DNA of 64,000 nucleotides. Source: a bacterium. GTDB taxonomy: Bacteria > Zhuqueibacterota > Zhuqueibacteria > Residuimicrobiales > Krinioviventaceae. The notes below the pieces were generated by a model that was not told the DNA's origin, made no database searches, and worked only from the letters and a program-made list of their open reading frames with translations. Below are positions 42,901-52,064 of this stretch, piece after piece; position 1 is the first letter of the stretch, and each line of letters opens with the position of its first letter. The stretch is from NCBI GenBank assembly GCA_963675755.2, contig CAXXMD010000003.1, positions 3,456,001 to 3,520,000 of the forward strand. Reading direction: 5' to 3'. The translations under genes and the position numbers were made by a program.

Positions 42901-43894
42901 TGGTGAGCTCGTCATCGATTCATGGATAGTCGATATGGCCAGCTCATTACGCTCCATATATATTAATCTTGAAAAGGAACGTGAATACAAAATCCGTATG
43001 GAGTTTTTTGAAAATGTCGGGACGTGTGAAGCACATCTGGGACTTGCTTATTATGGAAAAGGTGATGATATTGAACAGGCTGCCATTGCTGCCAGTGAAT
43101 CAGACGTTGCAATTATCTGTGCCGGACTGCGTGAAACGCTCGAGGGTGAAGGTAATGATCGTGAACAGCTTTCCCTGCCTGATGATCAGGTGAAACTGAT
43201 TAATGCAGTTGTTAAAGCGAATAAAAACACTATTGTTGTTTTAAATAATGCAACACCCATATTGATGAATGAATGGATAAAAGGTGTTCCGGCAATCATT
43301 GAAGCCTTTTACCCCGGCCAGGAAGGCGGGCATGCACTGGCCGAAATACTTTTCGGTGATGTTAATCCTTCTGGTAAACTCCCATTGACTTTTATCAAGT
43401 CGTGGAAGGATTCCCCGGTCTACAAAACGTATCCCGGTCCAAAAGATTCTGTAACGTATTCAGAAGGCCTGTTTGTTGGTTATCGTCATTTTGATAAATA
43501 TAATATTGAACCGCTATTTCCATTTGGACATGGATTGTCATATACCACATTCAAATACAGCAACCTGGATATTACTAAACAGAATGATGTATTTATTGTC
43601 AAGGTTGATATCCAAAATACAGGTAATATGGCTAGTGATGAGATTGTTCAACTATACGTCCAGGATGTTGAGTCAAGTGTTGTACGCGAAGTAAAAGTAT
43701 TAAAGGGATTTAAAAGAGTCAATTTAGAACCCAATGAAAGTAAAACGGTAACATTTAAACTGGATAAAAGTGCATTTGCTTTTTATGATGTGAAAACAAA
43801 ACAATGGATCACTGAACCGGGTGAATTTAGGGTGTTGATAGGAAGATCTTCTAGAGATATACGATTAAAAAAAAGTTTTGAATTGGAAAACTAG
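39995..43894 (+). CDS. DUF4434-like domain fused to a GH3 glycosidase with PA14 and FN3 domains
   Basis: YGHHSSFYGWYISEE N-terminal domain; GRTFESFGEDP, KHF, VVSDWG, VGYRHFD. Confidence 0.88.
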   Translation: MIKFKTLLSSYSSFQFILLFVHLLFSLFFIQNTFAENTKQNCSLTLVPPSPVSDQIVVTIRSALRNQFDQDKEFEAAIYLDREDDAALLYKESVIVPAKSVKGISFRWHTKDYAGDHEIILKVKSGKNVSKQKQFLKIVKSDNPSIATIDGAWCGFYMWGNEGVLWMDELVKMTEIQWRELVRAMDEIGMNIIVLQESFRNQEYADAHSIEQEGYKGKAFYPSRLFPGRMSIESKDPLEVILCEADERGMHVFVPVGLYAWFDFSKGSLQWHKKVATELWQRYGHHSSFYGWYISEEVDGSLSSNNTDDIVINRHHADIVHFFKEFQAHVRTLTPDKPVLFAPSCHNIRDGLNVYPKLLPHIDILCPFGFSRMPEGDLTGEQAAAQLQQLCDNAGTHFWMDLEAFLFGEHEELYPRDIEGIISDLNRFNNFEKIICFQYPGLFNAPWASRKPGGEATVKLYRDYKSYYDKKTVEFENQELLSNNDIAEYRNPALPVEKRVNDLLNRMSFAEKVDMVSGAGFTTKPNIRLGIPEIVMTDGPLGPNTKGRATNYSASINMASTWDDLLIKRVGVSMGEETRVLGRNMLLGPCLNIARVPQHGRTFESFGEDPFLTSRMAVAYIKGVQSQRVITSTKHFAVNNQEWNRGVVDVNVDERALREIYLPAFKAAVQEADTWSIMAAYNKFRGAYCCSNRYLLTDILKNDWGFDGFVVSDWGGVHNTVQTANSGLDLEMPDGAFLGDDLIAAIEHGEVSKDVVDEKVRRILWVMFKAGLFDESVKDYGGLANTEERRALALEVARKSIVLLKNENKILPLDRNKIKSIAVIGPNADEARMYGGGSGYLPAHYAISPLLGLHDRVGDDIEIRFVKSGRLKRQTLPAIESILLTPSGAKTGEHGLLGEYFNNKDLEGEPALSRIDDQVDFSWDTDSPAPGVLNEDLFSARWTGTFTSPGSGMFELGIMSDNGCRLYLDGELVIDSWIVDMASSLRSIYINLEKEREYKIRMEFFENVGTCEAHLGLAYYGKGDDIEQAAIAASESDVAIICAGLRETLEGEGNDREQLSLPDDQVKLINAVVKANKNTIVVLNNATPILMNEWIKGVPAIIEAFYPGQEGGHALAEILFGDVNPSGKLPLTFIKSWKDSPVYKTYPGPKDSVTYSEGLFVGYRHFDKYNIEPLFPFGHGLSYTTFKYSNLDITKQNDVFIVKVDIQNTGNMASDEIVQLYVQDVESSVVREVKVLKGFKRVNLEPNESKTVTFKLDKSAFAFYDVKTKQWITEPGEFRVLIGRSSRDIRLKKSFELEN

Positions 43895-44219
43895 AAATTT
43901 GTATCAGGCAAGTTGTTTTATTTTGTGATCATATTAAAGATCTTGGATGTTGAAATATTTATTTAATATTGTTATCAAATTTAGACAAATAATATCTATG
44001 CTATAATGCTTGAGAAGAAACTTATAGTTCAAGTTAGACCAAAAAAAAATAGATACATTGATTGAGCATGTTGCTAAGAATATTAACGAGTATGTAAGGA
44101 TATGACTCTAAAACGGCTCTAAAATGCCTCTATAAAAATGTTATGCAATGTTTAGATATGAAAAACCCCATAAGTTATTTAGAAACAAAGGGTTTTTTGG
44201 TTTACATTTTTTCTTAAAA

Positions 44220-44570
44220 GCACGCCCAGAAGTATTCGAAACTTCGACCTATCGGTTAAAAGTGGGTTGCTATGCAAAGATAAGTTAAATTCAAATAAAA
44301 AAGCCCCTAACTCTCGTAGAATCAGGGGCAATTTTCGCACGCCCAGAAGGATTTGAACCTTCGACCTATCGGTTAAAAGTGGGTTGCTATACAAAGATTA
44401 GTTAAATTCAAACAAAAAAGCCCCTAACTCACAAAGAATCAGGGGCAGTTTTAGCACGCCCAGAAGGATTCGAACCTTTGACCTATCGGTTAAAAGTGGG
44501 TTGCTATGTAAAGATTAGTTAAATTCAAACAAAAAAGCCCCTAACTCTTATAGAATCAGGGGCAGTTTTA
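44220..44570 (-). repeat. Three 117-bp tandem tRNA-linked repeats
   Basis: gcacgcccagaag recurs at 44220, 44337, 44454 and 44571; each unit is a tRNA 3' portion plus a gcccct...aggggc hairpin with a U tract on the minus strand. Confidence 0.92.
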
Positions 44571-44614
44571 GCACGCCCAGAAGGATTCGAACCTTCGACC
44601 TACGGATTAGAAGT
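44571..44614 (-). tRNA. 3' half only of tRNA-Arg(TCT); att junction
   Basis: Minus strand ACTTCTAATCCGTAGGTCGAAGGTTCGAATCCTTCTGGGCGTGC gives anticodon loop, T-arm and acceptor 3' strand; the 5' half is missing. Confidence 0.85.
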
Positions 44615-44833
44615 AATTGGGACAGCACTCGACTTAATTGTGCTAATGATTTGATTTTATTAGCATTACCGCTTGTCTAATTTGTCTCTGTATGGGGATC
44701 TGTGACAAATTCGTGACATTTTTAATTGATGTCTAGTTTACAATGTAAATTAATGGATGATATTTATTAGTAATTTATTTCTTGAAGATTTTTAGCACAT
44801 AAGCTATTTATTTAAAGGCATGGTGATTAATCA

Positions 44834-45274
44834 GGGCTGTATATAGCCTCTTCCTCGGGTATGATCTGGTCAACCGCGATGACACAGGGTGCTACATCTA
44901 TGCTGTTAAAGGCTATGGAAGAATCTGGTTGGTTCATAGTAGTTGAACGTGAGGGAATTTCAAACCTACTTAATGAAAGAAAGATTATTCGTTCTACTCG
45001 TGAGAATTATACGGATGATCAAGGGCAGCAATTACCTCCATTACCTCCATTGCTTTATGCAGGAGTTACAAGAGAGGGTGGAATCATTTCATACGAAACA
45101 AACACATTAACCGGTGGTTTTGGTGCACGATATTTTGGTATAGGCGGGAACAACGAGTTTCGCAGTGATCAGGTAAATATTTATTTGCGTTCTGTTGCAA
45201 CACAGTTGTGACCTATCCTAGACTACATCAATACCACTAAGACCATCCTTTCCCAAACTGTTGATTTCAGCATT
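44834..45274 (+). pseudogene. csgG: csgG internal fragment
   Basis: Homologous to 11471-11911; in-frame TGA at 45209; no signal peptide. Confidence 0.9.
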
Positions 45275-46177
45275 TTGTCTTCGTTTAAGGCTTGCTGATT
45301 TAATTTTGAGCGCCTGTAGTCTTTTTGGTATAAATACCTTCCTAATTCTTTCATTCATAATATTGTCAAAAGTTACCCTACTTTTTGTTTGCCGCTTGAT
45401 CATGGTATACACTACTATTAGAGTGGTTTTTGAATAGAGAGTAATCTAAACAGAAATTTGTTTATGAAGACTTTAGTAAATTATGTTTTTTGCAATTCAA
45501 TATCACTTGAGGATTTTGATGAAAAAATTAATTATCAAATATTCAGTTGACTTCCTAACCAAAATTGGTACAATGATGTTTGGTGAATAAGACTTGGAAA
45601 CTGGAATATTATGAAATTTGTGATTTTTCGATTAATTTGAAAAAAGGAGAATATTATGGACATTGAAATATTTTTTGATTACCGTGAAATAGTTTCCCTT
45701 TTTATTACTGGGGTCTACATTGACTTGTTGTTAATTTGGAACAAAAAAAAAGTGGATTGTGAAAATGAAAATATGATGTATTCATTTTTTAAACAAATAA
45801 TAACGAGATTTAGTATTTATTTAATTATAATGATTTATACATATTGCAATATTTTTGTGATATATAGCTTACAATCTTTATGTTACAAAAATATTGTAAA
45901 ATTTGAAATTATATTTCAATTAAATCAAATGTTGTTAATATTAAATGATATGAAAATACATAGCCTATTTAAATCTTTGTTTAATAAACTTAAACAAAGT
46001 AATTGAGATAATAATATTCTAAGCCTACGATCTATTTTTTTACGATATAGTGATGAAGCCACTCAATACTATTCAACAGTATATCGTATAATCTGGGCTA
46101 TCGCCATTTCTTTAGGTGAAATATTAATGCTATTGAAATCATAAACCTGCTTAAATTCAATGAAAGTAAACATATCT

Positions 46178-46204
46178 AAAAAAGACCTCTAAGTAGAGGC
46201 CTTT
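46178..46204 (-). terminator. Terminator downstream of the integrase
   Basis: Minus strand aaaggcctcta-ct-tagaggtctttttt. Confidence 0.65.
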
Positions 46205-46247
46205 AATTATAAGAATCGGGGAGTAAATTAAACTGTGACATTAATTA

Positions 46248-47375
46248 TTAGGCTATTTGTTTGGATTTAGTTGAATTTTCAATACCATTCGTTTTATCTT
46301 CGGTAAAAAGTTGACACCATTCTCCCAGCAATTTAACAGCCTCAACCATTTCATTCCATTGTGGGTTAATGTATCTACTGGTAATAGATGTCCGTTTGTG
46401 CCCTAAAATCATAGCGATTACTGATTCCGGAACTTTAGCCACTGCTAGTCTAGTCGCTACTGTATGACGGAGATCATGGAATCTAAAGTTGTCAATTCCA
46501 GCTTTTGTGAGAGTAGTGCGCCAAGTCGTTTTTACAGACTTTAATTTTGTACCCTGTCGGTTTATGATTATATAATCATTTTGTTTTGGTAATGCAGACA
46601 ACAAAGTTTGTAAAAAATGGTTTATTGGGATTGTTCTGTCTTCATCGTTTTTTGTGTATTTAATCTCTATTTTCCTCTCATTCAGATTTACATCATCCCA
46701 TTTTAAATTAAAGATCTCTCCTTGTCTCATTCCAGTGTTTAAAGCTATTAATGTTATGGTGTACAAGTAACCCGTACAGGTTGATAATAATTTCTTATAT
46801 TCATCATCACTCAGAACCCTATTCCTTGATTTTTCTTTATCAAATTTGATAGATTTACTCACAACAGGATTCTTAGTAAGCATTTCCCACTCCATGCCCA
46901 TGTAAAAGATATGTTTCAAACAAGCTAGCTCTCTGTTGACTGTTGCATAGTTTCGGTCTTGTTCAGAGATACCTTTTGATTCATACTTGACATCCAACTC
47001 TCTTTTGCGACGGATCTGATATTTCTGAACATGTGCAACTTTGATGTTTTTAATGTCATAGTCACCAAGTTTTTTGTTATCAATTTCCATATTTAAAATA
47101 TTCTTTAGTGATACAACATCCCGATCCCAAGACCGTTTATTCGGCTTTGCATATTCGATGTACCTTTCAGCAAGTTCTTTTAAAGTGACAATTTTACTTT
47201 TTTCTAAAATTTTGTAATTTCCTTGTAATACCTGGAATTCGGCATCAGCAGCAAGTTTCTTAGCTTGTTCTTTGTTTTGAGCATCAAGTTTAATTCGGTA
47301 CCGTTTTCCTCTTACTGAAAAATGGGCATAGTAGGTTGTTTTGTTAACATCTTTTCTTTTGTAAATTTTTGCCAT
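46248..47375 (-). CDS. int: Phage-type tyrosine integrase
   Basis: TGMRQGE, TKN, HDLRH, LGH and RY catalytic residues; arm-binding-like N-terminus. Confidence 0.95.
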   Translation of the reverse strand: MAKIYKRKDVNKTTYYAHFSVRGKRYRIKLDAQNKEQAKKLAADAEFQVLQGNYKILEKSKIVTLKELAERYIEYAKPNKRSWDRDVVSLKNILNMEIDNKKLGDYDIKNIKVAHVQKYQIRRKRELDVKYESKGISEQDRNYATVNRELACLKHIFYMGMEWEMLTKNPVVSKSIKFDKEKSRNRVLSDDEYKKLLSTCTGYLYTITLIALNTGMRQGEIFNLKWDDVNLNERKIEIKYTKNDEDRTIPINHFLQTLLSALPKQNDYIIINRQGTKLKSVKTTWRTTLTKAGIDNFRFHDLRHTVATRLAVAKVPESVIAMILGHKRTSITSRYINPQWNEMVEAVKLLGEWCQLFTEDKTNGIENSTKSKQIA

Positions 47376-47663
47376 AATTTATCTCCGTTACATTAAAGAA
47401 TTATTCTCATAATTCTTATACCTAATAAAAAAACCTTATTCCTCAGGTAAGGCTTGGTTGATTTTTAAACCTCAATTTCCTTTTAGCAACTTTGTCTTGA
47501 TATCCAATTGTTTATCTCATCGATATCAAATCTCAGGGATTTACCGATCCGAACTACCGGGATTCTGTTACGGTGAACAAGTTGATATACTGCTTGCTCA
47601 GTCATACTCAGATATTTTGCGACCTCCTTTACTTTTAGTAATTTAACCATAATAATTACTTCC

Positions 47664-48212
47664 TTATTTATTTTTTTGCTGTTTAACTATTAAATTTTTT
47701 TCTGCCTTATTAATTATTTTTTCCAATTCAACTGCTACATATTTAAGCGAGAAATTCACATCTTTATATGATTCTAGAGTATATGTGAATGAAATAGTTT
47801 TATGTGGTTCGCGTAGGTTGATAAATTGAAGGATAAAATATTCTGTATTGTTTATTATTCCCCCAATTTCTAATAAAATATCATTTGATTTTAATGATTG
47901 ATTCAAATTATGTTCACATACACCTATTTCTATATTTATTGTCGGTTCATTTTCGTAATAAAGAAATGTGAAAATTAGTAAATCATTTATAATGTCCATT
48001 GAGTCAATATAAACATCATAAACTTTGAATATTAATCCAGGAATTAAGTCGGAAGCTTTTCTATTTGCTAATAGACCGTTGTGAGTATCATAAACACAAT
48101 TTCTGTCATTATCGAAATCACTGATAAAAACCTCATTCATATCAATGAAAGCTCTTTTATTATCTTTTTCAACAACGTTTATTTTAGATTTGTTTGTAAT
48201 ATTGTTACACAT
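47664..48212 (-). CDS. Hypothetical protein
   Basis: 182-aa ORF with an AAGGTAGG RBS. Confidence 0.55.
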   Translation of the reverse strand: MCNNITNKSKINVVEKDNKRAFIDMNEVFISDFDNDRNCVYDTHNGLLANRKASDLIPGLIFKVYDVYIDSMDIINDLLIFTFLYYENEPTINIEIGVCEHNLNQSLKSNDILLEIGGIINNTEYFILQFINLREPHKTISFTYTLESYKDVNFSLKYVAVELEKIINKAEKNLIVKQQKNK

Positions 48213-48290
48213 ATTTACCTACCTTTTTTTTCTTAATTGCAATATACTGAATTTAAGAGACTGCCATAAGGCAGCCCCTATAGTGATTAT

Positions 48291-48572
48291 TTATCCTCCA
48301 TTTTTTAATGAGATTAGTTGCTTTGCTTCATCCGCTGATAAACCAATTTTTACAAGACGTTCTTCTAAAGCTGCTCCATCAATCTTACCGTATCTTAATT
48401 GAACGATGTTTCTACCACGCTGAATTGCAATTTCAGACTTAACAGCATCTACAACAATTGCGTGTAAAGCAGATTCAACAGATCCGTGACGACTGTATCG
48501 TTTTTGTTGAATCTGTTTAAGAACTTTAACCTCTGCTGCGCTGAGGTTGAAGTTTAAATTTACTTGGGGCAT
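48291..48572 (-). CDS. Small putative ribbon-helix-helix DNA-binding protein
   Basis: AAGGAGG RBS; strand VNLNFNLS followed by two helices. Confidence 0.55.
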   Translation of the reverse strand: MPQVNLNFNLSAAEVKVLKQIQQKRYSRHGSVESALHAIVVDAVKSEIAIQRGRNIVQLRYGKIDGAALEERLVKIGLSADEAKQLISLKNGG

Positions 48573-48730
48573 TTATGCCTCCTTTCTAATTTTATTTATC
48601 CCTCCAAGTTTTTCTTGGATTTGGACTTGTCTTATTAAATCCATAAAATGTACCAAAATAACAAATGTAGGGTAAAAGCTTTAATAACAATCGCTTATCA
48701 GCGTTTATTTTTTATGTTTATTTATTGTAT

Positions 48731-48760
48731 TTTTGCATTGCGCATATGCGAAATGCAAAA
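48731..48760. promoter_or_regulatory. 30-bp palindromic operator or enhancer
   Basis: ttttgcattgcgcatatgcgaaatgcaaaa; 14 of 15 pairs match. Confidence 0.7.
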
Positions 48761-48804
48761 CGCAATAAGATTTTTTGTTGTTTTTTAACTGAATTGTATT
48801 ATAT

Positions 48805-50127
48805 TTGATCATGGACAGAGATGAAATTATCATTGAAATCATAAATGCATACTCGGGATATCCTGATCAAACAAAACTATCAAAGAGTACACGAAATTTT
48901 CTTAAGAAATTAGATGAAAAATCATGTCGCAACCTCTTTAATAGTATTGAAACTGAATTATTAAGAACTGAGGCGTTAGTTTGGGAAAAACTGACGTTGG
49001 CGATTTTACACTGGCAGGCGATAAACAATAAAAGTAGTACTCCTTTAATTCCAGATTATGCAATTAACAATATAGGTGTAGATAAATATACTCAATGCAA
49101 GTCAATTTCAGCAGCCGCTGGCCGTATTGATAAGGTTTTGAAAAAGGATATTGTTGGAACATCAGAAGTGATGCTGAATGTTAAAAAACAAACATGGATG
49201 GCATGTTTTGGGAATGATTTAACAAATTCTTTTTTTTATAAACCAGCAATTAAAAATCTAAATGTATTAATTTTGGGGGAAACCGGTACCGGTAAAGAAT
49301 TATTTGCCAAGGCTGTTCATAGTTCTGCTTATTGGCATAATAAAACAATCCATGCTCCTTCAGCAAGTGTTAACGTAGCCGCTTTTACTGATAATTTGAT
49401 TGATAGTGAATTATTCGGACACAAAAGAGGCGCATTTACAGGTGCGATTAATGACAGGATTGGTTTAATTACAAAATCAAATGGTGGAACATTTTTCCTT
49501 GATGAGGTTGGAGATCTTCCATTAGGTACACAAGTAAAATTATTAAGAGTCATTGAGACCAAAAAAGTCAGGCCAGTTGGTGTGGATACTGAAGTGAATG
49601 CAGATGTTCGTTACATTTCTGCTACAAATAAGATGGACATTCCCAACGATGACTTTAGAAGTGATTTATACGAGAGGTTAGCCGGAACAATTATCTATCT
49701 TCCTCCATTGAGAGAAAGATCTGAAAATGATATCAATCAGATCGTTCAACGAATTGTGATAAATAGCATGGATGAAGGTTTTCTATTTTCAGATGTTAAT
49801 GTTGTATTAGATAAAATTAATAAATATAAGAAAGGTTATAACTGGCCTGGCAATGTACGTGAATTGCAATCATTTGTTAGAGGGGTATTATTAGGAATTG
49901 TTGATGAGAATGACAAGTGGCGATCAACCAATAATTATAATAGAAAGGAATTCTCGGAAGAAATTCCAGATCAAATCATAAAGGGGGCATGGTCGGAAAA
50001 AAAAGTCAGAGATTGGTATACTGAGAAGGTGATGAATAATACTGGCAATAATATTTCAAAAACGTGTAAAATATTAGATGTAAATCCATCTACTTTGTTA
50101 AGAAGGAGAGGGAAAATTAATGGGTAA
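48805..50127 (+). CDS. Sigma54 enhancer-binding protein with an unrecognised N-terminal domain
   Basis: GETGTGKE, SELFGH..GAFTGA, FLDEVG, WPGNVREL and HTH; no receiver domain. Confidence 0.9.
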   Translation: MIMDRDEIIIEIINAYSGYPDQTKLSKSTRNFLKKLDEKSCRNLFNSIETELLRTEALVWEKLTLAILHWQAINNKSSTPLIPDYAINNIGVDKYTQCKSISAAAGRIDKVLKKDIVGTSEVMLNVKKQTWMACFGNDLTNSFFYKPAIKNLNVLILGETGTGKELFAKAVHSSAYWHNKTIHAPSASVNVAAFTDNLIDSELFGHKRGAFTGAINDRIGLITKSNGGTFFLDEVGDLPLGTQVKLLRVIETKKVRPVGVDTEVNADVRYISATNKMDIPNDDFRSDLYERLAGTIIYLPPLRERSENDINQIVQRIVINSMDEGFLFSDVNVVLDKINKYKKGYNWPGNVRELQSFVRGVLLGIVDENDKWRSTNNYNRKEFSEEIPDQIIKGAWSEKKVRDWYTEKVMNNTGNNISKTCKILDVNPSTLLRRRGKING

Positions 50128-50539
50128 AAATTCTTCTGGTTTTTACACAGATTTTGAGGTTTTTCTTTATGATTCTACAAAACTAATGTATCAAAATAAA
50201 ACTTTATCTGACAATTGGTTGAAGAGTATTGGTAAAACAATGGGCTATGGCTTCCTTGCTCAATTATTATCTACTTCATTAAAATATGAATTACCTTTTA
50301 ATCCCAAAGAAATTAGTTCAGTTTCCATTGGGCATGCAATGACAAAGACGATTGGCGATTTGATATCAAAAATTATCAGAGGAAAAGTTGATTTTTCAGA
50401 AGAACAAGAAATGGATCGTTTAGAAAAAGCAAAGTTATTGTTTTATGAATACCAGATCACCTTATCCGATAAGCAAAAAGAAGAAATGATTGATGAACTA
50501 TGCGATGATCTGGTATCAGGAGAAGACATCCTTTATTAA
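50120..50539 (+). CDS. Hypothetical protein coupled to the activator
   Basis: 8-nt overlap with the upstream gene. Confidence 0.6.
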   Translation: MGKNSSGFYTDFEVFLYDSTKLMYQNKTLSDNWLKSIGKTMGYGFLAQLLSTSLKYELPFNPKEISSVSIGHAMTKTIGDLISKIIRGKVDFSEEQEMDRLEKAKLLFYEYQITLSDKQKEEMIDELCDDLVSGEDILY

Positions 50540-51480
50540 GCTGGAATTTTATTTTTTCTCATCCAATCAATTGCATTGTTCAGAGTGTCGAGAGTTTCTT
50601 TAATATCCTTAATTCGCTTGGAGCTTTTATCATTTAAATTTTCCTCTTTAACGAGCTCTTTCATTATTTCTTTTTTCATATTAACTAATTTATCTATGCT
50701 TTTTTCAATCATGTAATGGTGTGCTTGGTTAACCACAAATACAGTCTTATACGTTACTTGTAATTTCAAGATTTCTACTCTTGCTTGAGCTGCTCCCAAT
50801 TGTAATAATAGCGGACTACCTCCTAGGATACTGGCTCCAATGAATCCTCCAGCCCCAGTAACCACCCACATCCCACCAGCCATTCCCCAACCACTTATTG
50901 ACAAAGCACCGCCTCCTAAGATTGCTAAACCATGTGAAGTAGCCGCTGCACCCGATAAACCAGCTGCAGTCCCGATTGCAGTGCCTATCGCTGGTGCCAT
51001 TAACCAACCTCCCCAAGCAAAAATTAACAATCCACCTACTCCAAACGCAATAATTTTAGCCCATTCAATTTTTTTGTGAGATTTCAATGCTTCTTGTTGA
51101 TTTTTAAGAATATCATCAACAATATCAAAATCTTGACTAAGAAGTGAACTCATATATAATAATGCTTTTTTAAAGTCTTCTTTTTTGAATTTTAATTCAT
51201 ATGGAGCAAAAGGACTTGTAAATGCCAAATCAATTAAATATGTAGCTCTTTGATCTTCTTTGACTAAATTACATAATAGATTTTGTCTGTTAGTTTTATC
51301 AATGATATTGTTTTTATCCCCTTCGTAGGTTTCTAGAATTAATTTCCCTTTTTCATTATAAACATTTTTCTTTTTTTCTTTTCTCTTCTTTTTTTGCTCA
51401 AGCTCCATCAATTTTTCAACCATGAAATAGTTTCCCAAGGCAATAGCTTCTGAATATTCATTTTTAGCAGACTCTTGCAT
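50536..51480 (-). CDS. Glycine-zipper membrane protein with coiled coils
   Basis: GGAGG RBS; GLSGAAATSHGLAILGGG...GMAGG hydrophobic tract. Confidence 0.7.
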   Translation of the reverse strand: MQESAKNEYSEAIALGNYFMVEKLMELEQKKKRKEKKKNVYNEKGKLILETYEGDKNNIIDKTNRQNLLCNLVKEDQRATYLIDLAFTSPFAPYELKFKKEDFKKALLYMSSLLSQDFDIVDDILKNQQEALKSHKKIEWAKIIAFGVGGLLIFAWGGWLMAPAIGTAIGTAAGLSGAAATSHGLAILGGGALSISGWGMAGGMWVVTGAGGFIGASILGGSPLLLQLGAAQARVEILKLQVTYKTVFVVNQAHHYMIEKSIDKLVNMKKEIMKELVKEENLNDKSSKRIKDIKETLDTLNNAIDWMRKNKIPA

Positions 51481-51523
51481 ACACCCTCCATTTACATTTT
51501 GTATTATATATCATGGGAAAAAA

Positions 51524-51862
51524 TTATTCTAGATCTTCCCCAAGAATTTGAATCATTCTCTTAATAACTCGTTTAGTTCTTTTGCTTTGAGTCTTGTATA
51601 AATCAACAATTTCATCTATAACCACGATATCTTCTTCATCAGGCTTTTCTGAATTGAATTTAAATAATTGAAACAAGGGTATATTTAAAGCATCTGAAAT
51701 CTTTTGGAGGGTTGTAACTGTAGGATTTTTTTCACCCCGTTCGATGCCCCCGATGTAAGTTGTATGTAAACCAGAACGATCAGCAAGTTCATCCTGAGAA
51801 TAACCGAGTTTCTTGCGCTCTTCTCTAATCCTGGAACCGATGTTCTTAAAGATGTTATCCAT
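51524..51862 (-). CDS. XRE-family HTH regulator (C-protein-like)
   Basis: SQDELADRSGLHTTYIGGIERGEKNPT. Confidence 0.9.
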   Translation of the reverse strand: MDNIFKNIGSRIREERKKLGYSQDELADRSGLHTTYIGGIERGEKNPTVTTLQKISDALNIPLFQLFKFNSEKPDEEDIVVIDEIVDLYKTQSKRTKRVIKRMIQILGEDLE

Positions 51863-52064
51863 TTCCCACTCTTTTTTTGATATTATAAATATTTTGAGTG
51901 AAAAATAGCAGAGACTAAAAGTATTAAATTCATAAAAAATAATTCTGTTGGTATATTTTTTATTGTTTTCTTGTGTATAGTTTTGTACAATACTATACAC
52001 ACCTTAAAGGGGTAAGCATTAATATTTAATAGATAACATTTTTAACTTTTTGGGAGGAATATCT

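Noticed and set aside
44220-44614. CRISPR array
   Set aside because: Units are near-identical over 117 bp with no unique spacers, derive from tRNA, and no cas genes are present.
44571-44660. Intact tRNA-Arg gene
   Set aside because: Sequence beyond the anticodon loop cannot form the anticodon stem, D-arm or acceptor 5' strand.
45656-46006. 116-aa ORF
   Set aside because: Extremely AT-rich with low-complexity I/F/N/K composition; probably spurious despite an RBS-like GGAG.
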